A DNA stretch of 64,000 nucleotides from Squalus acanthias (Eukaryota): assembly GCA_030390025.1 (NCBI GenBank), contig CM059432.1, forward strand, positions 3,782,001 to 3,846,000, in the 5' to 3' direction. Positions 22,345 through 33,171 of the stretch are shown piece by piece (the stretch's first letter is position 1; every line of letters begins with the position of its first letter). The position numbers and the translations under genes were made by a program. Under the pieces are notes generated by a model. It was not told where the DNA came from. It ran no database searches and worked only from the letters and a program-made list of their open reading frames with translations.

Positions 22345-23022
22345 GGAGCATGGAGGTACAGAAAGTAATTGGGAAGGCAAATGGAATATTGGCTTTTATT
22401 GCAAGGGGGATGGAGTATAAAAGTAGGGAAGTCTTGCTACAACTGTACCTGAGACCACGCCTGGAGTACTGCGTACAGTTTTGGTCTCCTTATTTAAGGA
22501 AGGATATACTTGCATTGGAGGCAGTTCAGAGAAGGTTCACTAGGTTGATTCCGGAGATGAAGGGGTTGTCTTCTGAGGAAAGGTTGAGATGGTTGGGCCT
22601 ATACTCATTGGAGTTTAGAAGAATGAGAGGTGATCTTATTGAAACATATAAGATTTTGAGGGGGCTTGACAGGGTCAATGCAGGGAGGATGTTTCCCCTC
22701 GTGGGGGAATTTAGAACTAGGGGGCATAGTTTCAGAATAAGGGGTCGCCCATTTAAAACAGAGATGAGGAGGAATTTCTTCTCTCTGAGGGTCGTGAATT
22801 TTTGGAATTCTCTACCCCAGAGAGCTGTGGAGGCGGAGTCAGTGAATATATTCAAGGCGGAGATAGACAGATTTTTGAGCTACAGGGGAGTCAAGGGGTA
22901 TGGGGAGAGAGCGGGAAAGTGGAGTTGAGGCCAAAATCGGATCAGCCATGATCATATTGAATGGCGGAGCAGGCTCGAGGGGACGAATGGCCGACTCCTG
23001 CTCCCATTTCTTATGTTCTTAT
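22345..23022 (+). mobile_element. CR1 3' fragment
   Basis: KANGILAFI..RPRLEYCVQFWSP..GKWS plus tail. Confidence 0.9.
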
Positions 23023-23575
23023 TATCAAGCAGAATTTGACACTGAGGTACGTAAGGAGATATTAGGACAGGTGATCAAAAGCTTGGTCAAAGAGGGAGGT
23101 TTGAAGGAGCGTCTTAAAGGAGGAGAGAGAGGTAGAGAGGTGGAGAGGGTATCGTAAAGACGGTAGAAACCTGCTTATAAATGGGATCATGGCTTCCCAG
23201 GATTGGGAACGGAATTGCTGCCCAACTATTAGTATCTTGTCACTTGGAATAGTTTCTTCTCAGGTGAAGGGGTGGGGGAGTTTCAGGTAATGAAAAGTAA
23301 GAATGTTTTCTACCTCCATCAATAGTGCTTATCTGAGATGTGTTCAGATGTTATGTGGGTCTTCAAATGATGCTGTGGAAATATTAACATACTTACAATG
23401 CGTTCATTTCTTTGCCGCTATTTTAATATAAAGGCCATTTCGAATAAAAAGGCCCCGCCACCGTCTCCTTTTCTTGCACTAGTGCCTGCTGATTATCAGT
23501 GAGCTGCATGCTCTGTCAACGTTAATATAAGAAGTCGCACAACACCAGGTTATAGTCCAACAGATTTATTTAATT

Positions 23576-23613
23576 TTACAAGCTTTCGGAGCTATCGCTC
23601 CTTCGTCAGGTAA
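23576..23613 (-). ncRNA. Minimal hammerhead ribozyme motif (inverted pLTR copy)
   Basis: Reverse complement of the motif at 24590-24627. Confidence 0.75.
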
Positions 23614-23834
23614 GTTAGCAATGAGAGAATCTCCCAGAATTCACAATTTAAACCCAGACAAAATCTATTCACATTATTCGCTACAACAAAGAGCACAGCC
23701 AAGACAATGAGATGTGTCCCAGGGGGTCCAGCGTGTCAAACCACCTGCTGGCTGCATATCCTGTCAATTTGTGTTCTTGTGTTTTTAAAAAAAAAAAAAA
23801 AAAAACACCTGGGAAGACCGGCCATGATGTCAAG

Positions 23835-24491
23835 TCACGTTCTGTATCGTGACATGAACCCGATATCGCGATTGAGGCCATCCTCATGAGTGCGGAACTT
23901 GGCTATCAGTTTCTGCTCTATGATTTTGCGCTGTCGTGTATCTCGAAGGCCGCCTTGGAGAACGCTTACCCGCAGATCCGAGGCTGAATGCCCCTGGCTG
24001 CTGAAGTGTTCCCCGACTGGGAGGCAACCCTCCTGCCTGGCGATTGTTGCGCGGTGTCCGTTCATACGTTGTCTCAGTGTCTGCATGGTCTCGCCGATGT
24101 ACCATGCTCTGGAGCATCCTTTACTGCAACGTATCAGGTAGACAACGTTGGCCGAGTCACATGAGTATGTACCGTGTACCTGGTGGGTAGTGTCCTCACG
24201 TGTAATGATGGTATCTGTGTCCATGATTTGGCATGTCTTGCAGAGGTTGCCGTGGCAGGGTTGTGTGGTGTCTTGGTTGCTGTTCTCCTGAAAGATGGGT
24301 AATCTGCTGCGAACGATGGTACTTTTGAGGTTAGGCGGCTGCTTGAAGGCGAGTAGTGGAGGCGTGGGGATGGCCTTAGCAAGGTGTTCGTCGTCATCGA
24401 TGACATGTTGAAGGCTGCGAAGAACATGGCATAGTTTTTCCGCTCCGGGGAAGTACTGGACGACGTAGGGTCTGGACCCCCTGGGACACAT
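23835..24491 (-). CDS. Junction-created ORF: GIY-YIG-containing C-terminal part of the Penelope protein (218 aa)
   Basis: ATG and MCPRGSR from antisense pLTR are fused in frame to PYVVQY...SRYRT; expression unknown. Confidence 0.4.
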   Translation of the reverse strand: MCPRGSRPYVVQYFPGAEKLCHVLRSLQHVIDDDEHLAKAIPTPPLLAFKQPPNLKSTIVRSRLPIFQENSNQDTTQPCHGNLCKTCQIMDTDTIITREDTTHQVHGTYSCDSANVVYLIRCSKGCSRAWYIGETMQTLRQRMNGHRATIARQEGCLPVGEHFSSQGHSASDLRVSVLQGGLRDTRQRKIIEQKLIAKFRTHEDGLNRDIGFMSRYRT

Positions 24492-24589
24492 CTCATTGTC
24501 TTGGCTGTGCTCTTTGTTGTAGCGAATAATGTGAATAGATTTTGTCTGGGTTTAAATTGTGAATTCTGGGAGATTCTCTCATTGCTAAC

Positions 24590-24627
24590 TTACCTGACGA
24601 AGGAGCGATAGCTCCGAAAGCTTGTAA
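24590..24627 (+). ncRNA. Minimal type I hammerhead ribozyme motif (5' pLTR)
   Basis: TTAC-CTGACGA-A-GGAGC GATA GCTCC-GAA-AGCT-T-GTAA: catalytic core, 5-bp stem II, palindromic stem III, TTAC/GTAA stem I. Confidence 0.8.
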
Positions 24628-24714
24628 AATTAAATAAATCTGTTGGACTATAACCTGGTGTTGTGCGACTTCTCATTTTTGTCCACCCCAGTCCAACGCC
24701 GGCATCTCCACATC

Positions 24715-27393
24715 ATGACCTCTATTGACACCGCAAACTGCCGGCTCAAAGTGGAGAGAATCGCCAAGAAGATCGCGCATATTGACACAGACATCAAGTA
24801 CCTGCAGAGATGCAAGAAAGCAGACAAGATTCCGAAAGGACTACAGATCACGAACCCACTCAAGTCGACATACAACACAGACTACGCTGAGAGACTTTGC
24901 CGTCGTACCTCTCGCACACTCCTCAACCATCTCGTACACCAGCTCTACAGCAGACGTCGCAACCTCGAAACCAAGATAGAGTCCATGCTCTCAGCCTGTG
25001 CTCAGGACACAGCAGACCAGCTACGAGACACCGCCAAACAGACGAGGCAACGGAACTACGCTACCTACATGCGCATCAAGAACAGGAAGCTTGAGAAACT
25101 CGGCGTAACCACCAGCTACAACCAAGCCTCCCCCGGTACCACGGTTGCAACCACAGGGAAGTCCATCGTCAACCTGTCGGACCACACCCTTCAACCAGAC
25201 GAAATCGAAGTTCTCGCCCTAGGGCTCAAGTTCTGCCCCACCACCAAAATGGACCCCATCGGTCTCGCGGCGGACACAGAGGAATTCATCAGGAGAATGA
25301 GGATCCGGGAATACTACCACAAATCCCAAGACGTCAGCAACATTCCTAATGGGACAATCAATGATCCGGAACAGCAGACAGAGGGAACCGCAGTGCTGCA
25401 ACCGAGGAAGAAAGAGTCAAATTGGACCCCTCCGGAGGGTCGCAACCCTAAGCTTGACATGTATGCTCAAGCTGTCAGGAAATGCATCAACGCCAGATTC
25501 ATCAGCCGTACTCACAAGACAGTCCAGAATGTCACCCGAGCACAACGCAACGCCATCCACGCACTCAAGACCAACCGCAACATCGTCATCAAACCAGCGG
25601 ACAAAGGAGGAGCCATCGTCATACAGAACAGAACGGACTATTGCAAAGAAGCATACCGACAACTGGACAACCAGGAACACTACAGACAGCTACCCGCAGA
25701 TCCGACCAAAGAACACACCCGCCAACTCAATAGACTGATCAAGACCTTCGATCCAGACCTTCAAAACATCCTACGCGCTCTCATCCCACGTACTCCCCGC
25801 GTAGGAGACTTTTACTGCCTCCCAAAGATACACAAAGCCAACACACCCGGACGTCCTATCGTATCAGGCAACGGAACCCTGTGTGAGAACCTCTCTGGGT
25901 ACGTCGAGGGCATCCTGAAACCCATCGTACAGGGAACCCCCAGCTTCTGTCGCGACACTACAGACTTCTTGCAGAAACTCAGCACCCATGGACCAGTTGA
26001 ACCAGGAACACTCCTCGTCACAATGGACGTATCGGCACTCTACACCAATATCCCCCACAATGACGGCATCGCTGCGACAGCCTCAGTACTCAACACCAAC
26101 AACAGCCAATCTCCGGACGCCATCTTACAACTCATCCGCTTCATCCTTGACCACAATGTCTTCACCTTCGACAACCATTTTTTCACCCAAACACACGGAA
26201 CAGCCATGGGGACCAAATTCGCACCCCAATACGCCAACATCTTCATGCACAAGTTCGAGCAAGACTACTTCGCTGCACAGGACCTCCAACCAACGCTGTA
26301 CACCAGATACATCGACGACATCTTCTTCCTTTGGACCCACGGCGAAGGATCACTGAAAGGACTACACGATAGCATCAACAGGTTCCATCCCACCATCAAA
26401 CTCACCATGGACTACTCCTCAGAATCGGTTTCATTCTTGGACACACGAATCTCCATCAAAGACGGACGCCTCAGCACTTCACTCTACCGCAAGCCCACGG
26501 ACAACCTCACGATGCTCCACTTCTCCAGCTTCCACCCTAACCACGTTAAAGAAGCCATCCCCTATGGACAAGCCCTGCGAATACACAGGATCTGCTCAGA
26601 CGAGGAGGAACGCGATGGACACCTACGGACACTGAAAGACGCTCTCGTAAGAACGGGATATGACGCTCGACTCGTCGATCGACAGTTCCAACGGGCCACA
26701 GCGAAAAACCGCATAGACCTCCTCAGAAGACGAACACGGGACACAACCAACAGAGTACCCTACGTCGTCCAGTACTTCCCCGGAGCGGAAAAACTATGCC
26801 ATGTTCTTCGCAGCCTTCAACATGTCATCGATGACGACGAACACCTTGCTAAGGCCATCCCCACGCCTCCACTACTCGCCTTCAAGCAGCCGCCTAACCT
26901 CAAAAGTACCATCGTTCGCAGCAGATTACCCATCTTTCAGGAGAACAGCAACCAAGACACCACACAACCCTGCCACGGCAACCTCTGCAAGACATGCCAA
27001 ATCATGGACACAGATACCATCATTACACGTGAGGACACTACCCACCAGGTACACGGTACATACTCATGTGACTCGGCCAACGTTGTCTACCTGATACGTT
27101 GCAGTAAAGGATGCTCCAGAGCATGGTACATCGGCGAGACCATGCAGACACTGAGACAACGTATGAACGGACACCGCGCAACAATCGCCAGGCAGGAGGG
27201 TTGCCTCCCAGTCGGGGAACACTTCAGCAGCCAGGGGCATTCAGCCTCGGATCTGCGGGTAAGCGTTCTCCAAGGCGGCCTTCGAGATACACGACAGCGC
27301 AAAATCATAGAGCAGAAACTGATAGCCAAGTTCCGCACTCATGAGGATGGCCTCAATCGCGATATCGGGTTCATGTCACGATACAGAACGTGA
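24715..27393 (+). CDS. Penelope-like reverse transcriptase + GIY-YIG endonuclease, 892 aa
   Basis: IKPADKG, YCLPKIHK..PGRPIVS, TMDVSALYTNI, GTAMG, YTRYIDD, FLD..YRKPT, CxxxxCxxC, VVYLIRC..WYIGET..R..H..E..GLN; no stops. Confidence 0.96.
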   Translation: MTSIDTANCRLKVERIAKKIAHIDTDIKYLQRCKKADKIPKGLQITNPLKSTYNTDYAERLCRRTSRTLLNHLVHQLYSRRRNLETKIESMLSACAQDTADQLRDTAKQTRQRNYATYMRIKNRKLEKLGVTTSYNQASPGTTVATTGKSIVNLSDHTLQPDEIEVLALGLKFCPTTKMDPIGLAADTEEFIRRMRIREYYHKSQDVSNIPNGTINDPEQQTEGTAVLQPRKKESNWTPPEGRNPKLDMYAQAVRKCINARFISRTHKTVQNVTRAQRNAIHALKTNRNIVIKPADKGGAIVIQNRTDYCKEAYRQLDNQEHYRQLPADPTKEHTRQLNRLIKTFDPDLQNILRALIPRTPRVGDFYCLPKIHKANTPGRPIVSGNGTLCENLSGYVEGILKPIVQGTPSFCRDTTDFLQKLSTHGPVEPGTLLVTMDVSALYTNIPHNDGIAATASVLNTNNSQSPDAILQLIRFILDHNVFTFDNHFFTQTHGTAMGTKFAPQYANIFMHKFEQDYFAAQDLQPTLYTRYIDDIFFLWTHGEGSLKGLHDSINRFHPTIKLTMDYSSESVSFLDTRISIKDGRLSTSLYRKPTDNLTMLHFSSFHPNHVKEAIPYGQALRIHRICSDEEERDGHLRTLKDALVRTGYDARLVDRQFQRATAKNRIDLLRRRTRDTTNRVPYVVQYFPGAEKLCHVLRSLQHVIDDDEHLAKAIPTPPLLAFKQPPNLKSTIVRSRLPIFQENSNQDTTQPCHGNLCKTCQIMDTDTIITREDTTHQVHGTYSCDSANVVYLIRCSKGCSRAWYIGETMQTLRQRMNGHRATIARQEGCLPVGEHFSSQGHSASDLRVSVLQGGLRDTRQRKIIEQKLIAKFRTHEDGLNRDIGFMSRYRT

Positions 27394-27608
27394 CTTGACA
27401 TCATGGCCGGTCTTCCCAGGTGTTTTTTTTTTTTTAAAAACACAAGAACACAAATTGACAGGATATGCAGCCAGCAGGTGGTTTGACACGCTGGACCCCC
27501 TGGGACACATCTCATTGTCTTGGCTGTGCTCTTTGTTGTAGCGAATAATGTGAATAGATTTTGTCTGGGTTTAAATTGTGAATTCTGGGAGATTCTCTCA
27601 TTGCTAAC

Positions 27609-27646
27609 TTACCTGACGAAGGAGCGATAGCTCCGAAAGCTTGTAA
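27609..27646 (+). ncRNA. Minimal type I hammerhead ribozyme motif (3' pLTR)
   Basis: Identical to 24590-24627. Confidence 0.8.
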
Positions 27647-27749
27647 AATTAAATAAATCTGTTGGACTATAACCTGGTGTTGTGCGACTTCTCATTTTTG
27701 TCCACCCCAGTCCAACGCCGGCATCTCCACATCATGAACGTTAATATAG

Positions 27750-29655
27750 GTTAGGGAGGACAGGGGGGGTCACAATACTGAGATGTACAAGGCCAGATCC
27801 AGGTTAGATGTCAGGAGGTGGTTCTTCTCCCAGAGAATAGTGGACCGCTGGAACAGGCTGCCGTCTCGTGCGGTGGACGCCGATTGGGTGAGTTCCTTCA
27901 AACGAGAGCTGGACCTGTTTCTGGCCGGGGCGGAGATCACCTTGTACAGAAGGGAAGGTAATGCATAGCATTATTGGGGCCTGAGTGATCTCTCTGGACT
28001 AGTTCCGATTGCCTGGGGGGGGGGGGAGGGTGGTGGGAGAGGAATTTCCCAGATTCCACCCCCCCCCCCCCACCCCCCGCCACATTATCCTGTTTTTTAA
28101 AACCTGGTTTTTCGCCTCTCGCAGGCGATCACATGCTTTCGGGTGGGGTTGGGTGGAGAGCCTATATATTGTGATGGAGAAGGCAGTGCAATTGTGTGGG
28201 ACAGGCTGGAGGGACTAGAGGGTCTTTTCCTGTTACCGTTATTGTTTGCATGTTCACAGTGTAGCATGCTGCACGCTGTCACTGTTTTGGCAAATGGAAT
28301 GTTGGCCTTTATTTCAAAGGGGTTGGAGTATAAAAGCAGGGAAGTCCTGCTACAACTGTACAGGGTATTGGTGAGACCACACCTGGAGTACTGCGTACAG
28401 TTTTGGTCTCCTTATTTAAGGAAGGATATACTTGCATTGGAGGCAGTTCAGAGACGATTCACTAGGTTAATTCCAGAGATGAAGGGGTTGACTTATGAGG
28501 AAAGGTTGAGCAGGCTGGGCATTTAGAAGAATGAGAGGTGATCTTATTGAAACATATAAGATACTGAGGGGGCTCAACAAGGTAGATGCAAAGAGGATGT
28601 TTCCCCTCGTGGGGAAATCTAGAACGCGGGAGCATAGTTTCAGAATAAAGGGTCGCCCTTTTAGAACTGAGATGAGGAGGAATTTCTTCTCTCAGAGGGT
28701 CGTAAATCTGTGGAATTCTCTGCCCCAGAGAGCCGTGGAGGCTGGGTCATTAAATACATTTAAGGTGGAGATAGACAGATTTTTACAAGATAAGGGAGTG
28801 ATGGGTTATGGGGAGCGGGCGGGGAAGTGGCTTTGAGCCCAAGATCACCATGATCTTATTGAATGGCGGAGCAGGCTCGAGGGGCCAAGTGGCCTATTCC
28901 TGCTCCTATTTCTTATGTTCTTATGTCACGGAACTTCAATGCAGCCTTTGCTTCTGCTTATCACCTGGTCCGTGTGATCGCCTGGACTGGTTTCGATCAC
29001 TTGAGGGTGGTTGGAGAGGAATTTTCCAGTGTATTTTGTTATATAGATTGAGTAGATTGGGCCTACACTCTCTGGACTTTAGAAGAATGAGAGGTGATCT
29101 CATTGAAACATACAAGATTCTGAAGGGGATTGACAGGGTAGATGCTGAGAGGCTGTTTCCCCCCCGGCTGGAGAGTCTAGAACGAGGGGTCACAGTCTCA
29201 GGATAAGGGGTCGCCATTTAGGACCGAGATGAGGAGGAATTTCTTCACTCAGAGGGTTGTGAATCTTTGGAGTTCTCTGCCCCAGAGGGGCTGTGGAGGC
29301 TCAGTCGTTGAGCATATTCAAGGCTGAGATCGATTTTTTTTGGACTCTTGGGGAATCAAGGGATATGGGGATCGGGCGGGAAAGTGGAGTTGAGGTCAAA
29401 GATCAGCCATAATCTTACTGAATGGCGGAGCAGGCTCGAGGGGCTGAATGGCCGACTCCTGCTCCTAATTCTTATGTATTTTTTCCCTTACTGGCCCTGG
29501 TTTTTTTTATCTTTTTTTTTTGGCTTTCCCAGGAGATCACATGACTGGAGGGAATTGGGGAAGTGTCTAGTCCTGATGCTGCAGCCATCATGAGGTGGGG
29601 GACAGGCTCAATGGGCCAGTTGGTCTTTTCTTGCCTGTCAATGTTCGCATGTTCC
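27750..29655 (+). mobile_element. Cluster of CR1 3' fragments from at least two subfamilies
   Basis: RRWFFSQRIVDRWNRLP; ANGMLAFI..RPHLEYCVQFW; RGDLIETYKI; several tails. Confidence 0.85.
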
Positions 29656-29847
29656 TCTGTCTCCTGTATTGCAGGATCAAACATATTGCAGGACCAAACA
29701 TATTGCAGGCGTGATGCTCATCTACATGTTTATTTTATTCTCAGAGATAAAATAACTCCTTATCAGGTTGGGGTCAATGGAAAAACTTCCTGCAAGCAAT
29801 GGAAAACAGCATCAATTGATGTTGGGTGCCATTAGTGGGCATTTAGT

Positions 29848-30321
29848 TCCCAAGTCCCGTTCGCCCATCGCCCCTGTGCTCGCTGACCTACACTGGCTCC
29901 CGGTTAAGCAACGCCTCGATTTAAAAATTCTCATCCTTGTTTTTAAATCCCTCCATGGCCTCGCCCCTCTCTATCTCTGTAACTTCCTCCAGCCCCACAA
30001 CACCTCCGTGATCTCTGCGCTCCTCTAATTCTGCCCTCTTGAGCATCCCTGATTTTAATCGCTCACCATTGGTGGCCGTGCCTTCAGCTGCCTGGGCCCT
30101 AAGCTCTGGAACTCCCTCCCTAAACCTCTCCGCCTCTCCACCCCTCTCTCCTCCTTTAAGACGCTCCTTAAAACCTACCTCTTTGACCAAGCTTTTGGTC
30201 ACCTGCCCTAATTTTCCCTTATGTGGCTCGGTGTCAAATTTTGTTTTATAACACTCCTGTGCAGCGCCTTGGGACGTTTTACTACGTTAAAGGCGCTATA
30301 TAAATACAAGTTGTTGTTGTT
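29848..30321 (+). mobile_element. L2 LINE 3' end
   Basis: PVLADLHWLPV; tail AAAGGCGCTATATAAATACAAGTTGTTG. Confidence 0.88.
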
Positions 30322-30524
30322 AGTTGGTGTTATTAAGTGGTGACCAATAAAATAATACTGGACCATTAGTGCTGATTAATTCTGCTTTTACTGGCAGCAA
30401 AATAGGCATAAGGCTACAGACATTCCTATCATTTTTCCCCTTTATCTCCACCCCTTTTCAAAGCAATCTCCATGGTTACAAGTAGTGGAATTCATACCCT
30501 GTTGTACAGGCCTGACAAACTACA

Positions 30525-31166
30525 TAGAATTTCATGGAATTCAGAGCACAGGAGCAGGCCATTCGGTCCGTGCCGGTGTTTATGCTCCACACGAGCCTCC
30601 TCCCGCCTCACTTCATCTCACCTTATCAGCATAACCTTCTATTCCTTTCTCCCTCATATACTTGTCTAGTTTCCCTTATTGGCATTTATGCTATTCGTCT
30701 CAACCACTCCCTGTGGTAGCAAGTTCCACATTCTCACCACTCTCTGGGTAATGACGAAGGTATATTGGGTGTGTAGTGGGCCATGACTTCGCCACTCCCG
30801 ATCAACCACTATACTTGCTGCGGCGTATTCGAATAATTTTGCCAGGGAATTTTTTTTTTTGTTCATTCATGGGATCTGGGTGTCGCTGGCAAGACCAACA
30901 TTTATTGCCCATCCCTAATCGCCCTTGAGAAGGTGGTGGTGAGCCGCCTTCTTGAACCGCTGCAGTCCGTGTGGTGAGGGTGCTCCCACAGTGCTGTTAG
31001 GGAGGGAGTTCCAGGATTTTGACCCAGCGACGATGAAGGAACGCCGATATACTTCTAAGTCAGGATGGTGTGTGACTTGGAGGGGAAGTTGCAGGTGATG
31101 GTGTTCCCATGCGCCTGCTGCCCTTGTCCTTCTAGGTGGAAGAGGTCGCGGGTTTGGGAGGTGCTG
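30525..31166 (-). mobile_element. CR1 tail (30525-30752) and 3' end of the 61880-type LINE (30848-31166)
   Basis: SWNSLPNSTVGAPSPHGLQRFKKAAHHHLLKG on the minus strand. Confidence 0.8.
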
Positions 31167-31446
31167 CGAATTGTGGCGTGACATAGCCATTGGAGGATTG
31201 GTCTAACGTCTGTCGCTCGTCAACAATATCGCTGCTGCAACAAATCCTGGGCCAAGGTCCTTTGTTTTTAGCTTCCACCTTTTAGCAAGCATACAGACAT
31301 TTCATATTGCAGAAGTTTCATGTGTAAGTTTGTGACAGAGTAATGTTACCATGCGTCTGTTGGTAGCATTTCTCTTGCATTCCTTCACCTGTGAAAGTGA
31401 AAGAGATCAGTCTATCCCAGCGCCCTCAGCAGCTCTGCAAGGCCCC

Positions 31447-31977
31447 TGTTTTAGGAAGGATGTGAAGGCCTTGGAGAGAGTGCAGAAAAGATTTACGAGA
31501 ATGGTTCCAGGGATGAGGGACTTCAGTTACGTGGATAGACTGGAGAAGCTGGGGTTGTTCTCCTCAGAGCAGAGAAGATTGAGAGGAGATTTGATCAATG
31601 TGTTCAAAATCATGAGGGGTCTGGACAGAGTAGATAGAGAGAAACTGTTCCCATTGGTGGAAATGTCGAGAACCAGGGGACACAGATTTAAGGTGGTTGG
31701 CAGAAGAACCAAAGGCGGCATGAGGAAAAACCTTTTTACGCAGCGATTGGTTAGGATCTGGAATGCACTGCCTGAAAGGGTGGTGGAGGCAGATTGAATT
31801 GTGGCTTTCAAAAGGGAATTGGATAAGTACCTGAAAGAAAAAAGTTTGCAGAGCTACGGGGAAAGGGCGGGGGAGTGGGACTAGCTGAAGTGCTCTTGCA
31901 GAGAGCCGGCACGGGCTCAACGGGCCGAATGGCCTCTTTCTGTGCTGTAACCATTCTATGGTTCTACGATTCTATGA
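31447..31977 (+). mobile_element. CR1 3' fragment
   Basis: FRKDVKALERVQKRF... plus (TTCTATGA)n tail. Confidence 0.9.
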
Positions 31978-32331
31978 TAAAGAAAAATACAGCCCTCGAT
32001 ACTGAAATACAGAAAACGACGTAGTATCATACAATCAGAGAAAGATACAGCAGAGAAGGAAGCCATTCAGCCCATCAGCCCATCGTGCCTGTGCCGGCTC
32101 TTGGAAAGAGGTCTCCAAGACAGGGAAAAAGAAGAGAGAGAAAAAAAAAGGAAGGTGGTCTAAAATTGATGAGGAGATAAGACTGTGCTAATGCAACTTG
32201 GCATCTCCTACAGCCCATACTAGGGTTGCCAATTGAATATATTTCTAGCGGTTTCATCACATCACCTCCAGACTCCACCTGCCCTGCTCAGCCTTTTTTT
32301 AATCCTCCACCAATATTTTTACAGAGTCATA

Positions 32332-33171
32332 GGGCTGGATTATGAAACTGGGAACGGGATGGAGGAGGGCCTCCCACTTTTTGGGTTGTAGTCCCGCCTC
32401 CATTGACTTGTGGCCAACCCACTCGATTTTCACTTGATTGACCTTGTTGAGCCCGCCCAGTGGGCTCAGCAGGCCAATTAAGGGCCACCCGGCAACAGGT
32501 GACGTCACAGATTGACATTTCATCTATCAAGAGCTTTTGACAGATGAAATATCAGCGTTTGACAGCTCTGTGAAGCTGTCAAACACTGACAATCTGTACT
32601 CTAAGTTAATTCCTTCCTCTCAGGCTGATTTAGAGATCTCTGCAGAACAAAAAGCAGAGGCTGCAGCTTTTGACAGCTCAACGGCCATTCTGCTTTCTGT
32701 GCCGGTGAGATTTCTGACTCCCGAGACCTGAAGGGCTGACACCTGCAGGAGGAAGTTAAGGTAAGTAAAACTTTTTTCCACACTTAACACTTACCTTACA
32801 CACTTACCTCTGCACACATGCACCCATCACTCACCTGCCCACCGGACATATCGACCCCTCCAACCCCTGCAGACCCACGTCCGCCTCGCTAACCTGGCGT
32901 GGTTGGGACCTGTCGGAGAGCCCACAATTCAGGCATAAAAATAGGGATTAGGCAAAAACTACCTGTACTACCTGTTAACAGGCAGTTTATTGCCACTAAT
33001 CCCCATCCCGCCTCGGGGAGGCGGGTCCCAACACAGGTCGGGTACCCGCCTCCAGCGAAACTGGCATGGAGGTGGGTTGGGGGCAGGATGGGTTCGGGAC
33101 CCCCGATTCAGCTATTTTCAATCCAGTCCCGCCTCCAAACCCGCCTCCATGGCTCAATGAAAATTCTGCCC
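32332..33171. mobile_element. Non-autonomous GGGC-ended TIR element (840 bp), TSD ATA
   Basis: GGGCTGGATT / AATTCTGCCC; ATA on both flanks; closely similar to 48423-49266. Confidence 0.88.

Larger units (their letters stand above)
23530..27736 (+). mobile_element. Penelope-like retroelement with an inverted 5' copy and pLTR direct repeats, 12-bp TSD
   Basis: AACGTTAATATA at 23518-23529 and 27737-27748; 23530-24471 is the reverse complement of 26757-27692; 24472-24717 repeats 27491-27736. Confidence 0.95.

Noticed and set aside
24643..24714. N-terminal extension of the Penelope ORF
   Set aside because: Starts at TTG within the pLTR; the ATG at 24715 coincides with the repeat boundary
32537..32783. 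Repeated ORFs shared with 48628-48874
   Set aside because: Non-ATG starts, no motifs; the identity reflects two copies of the same non-autonomous element
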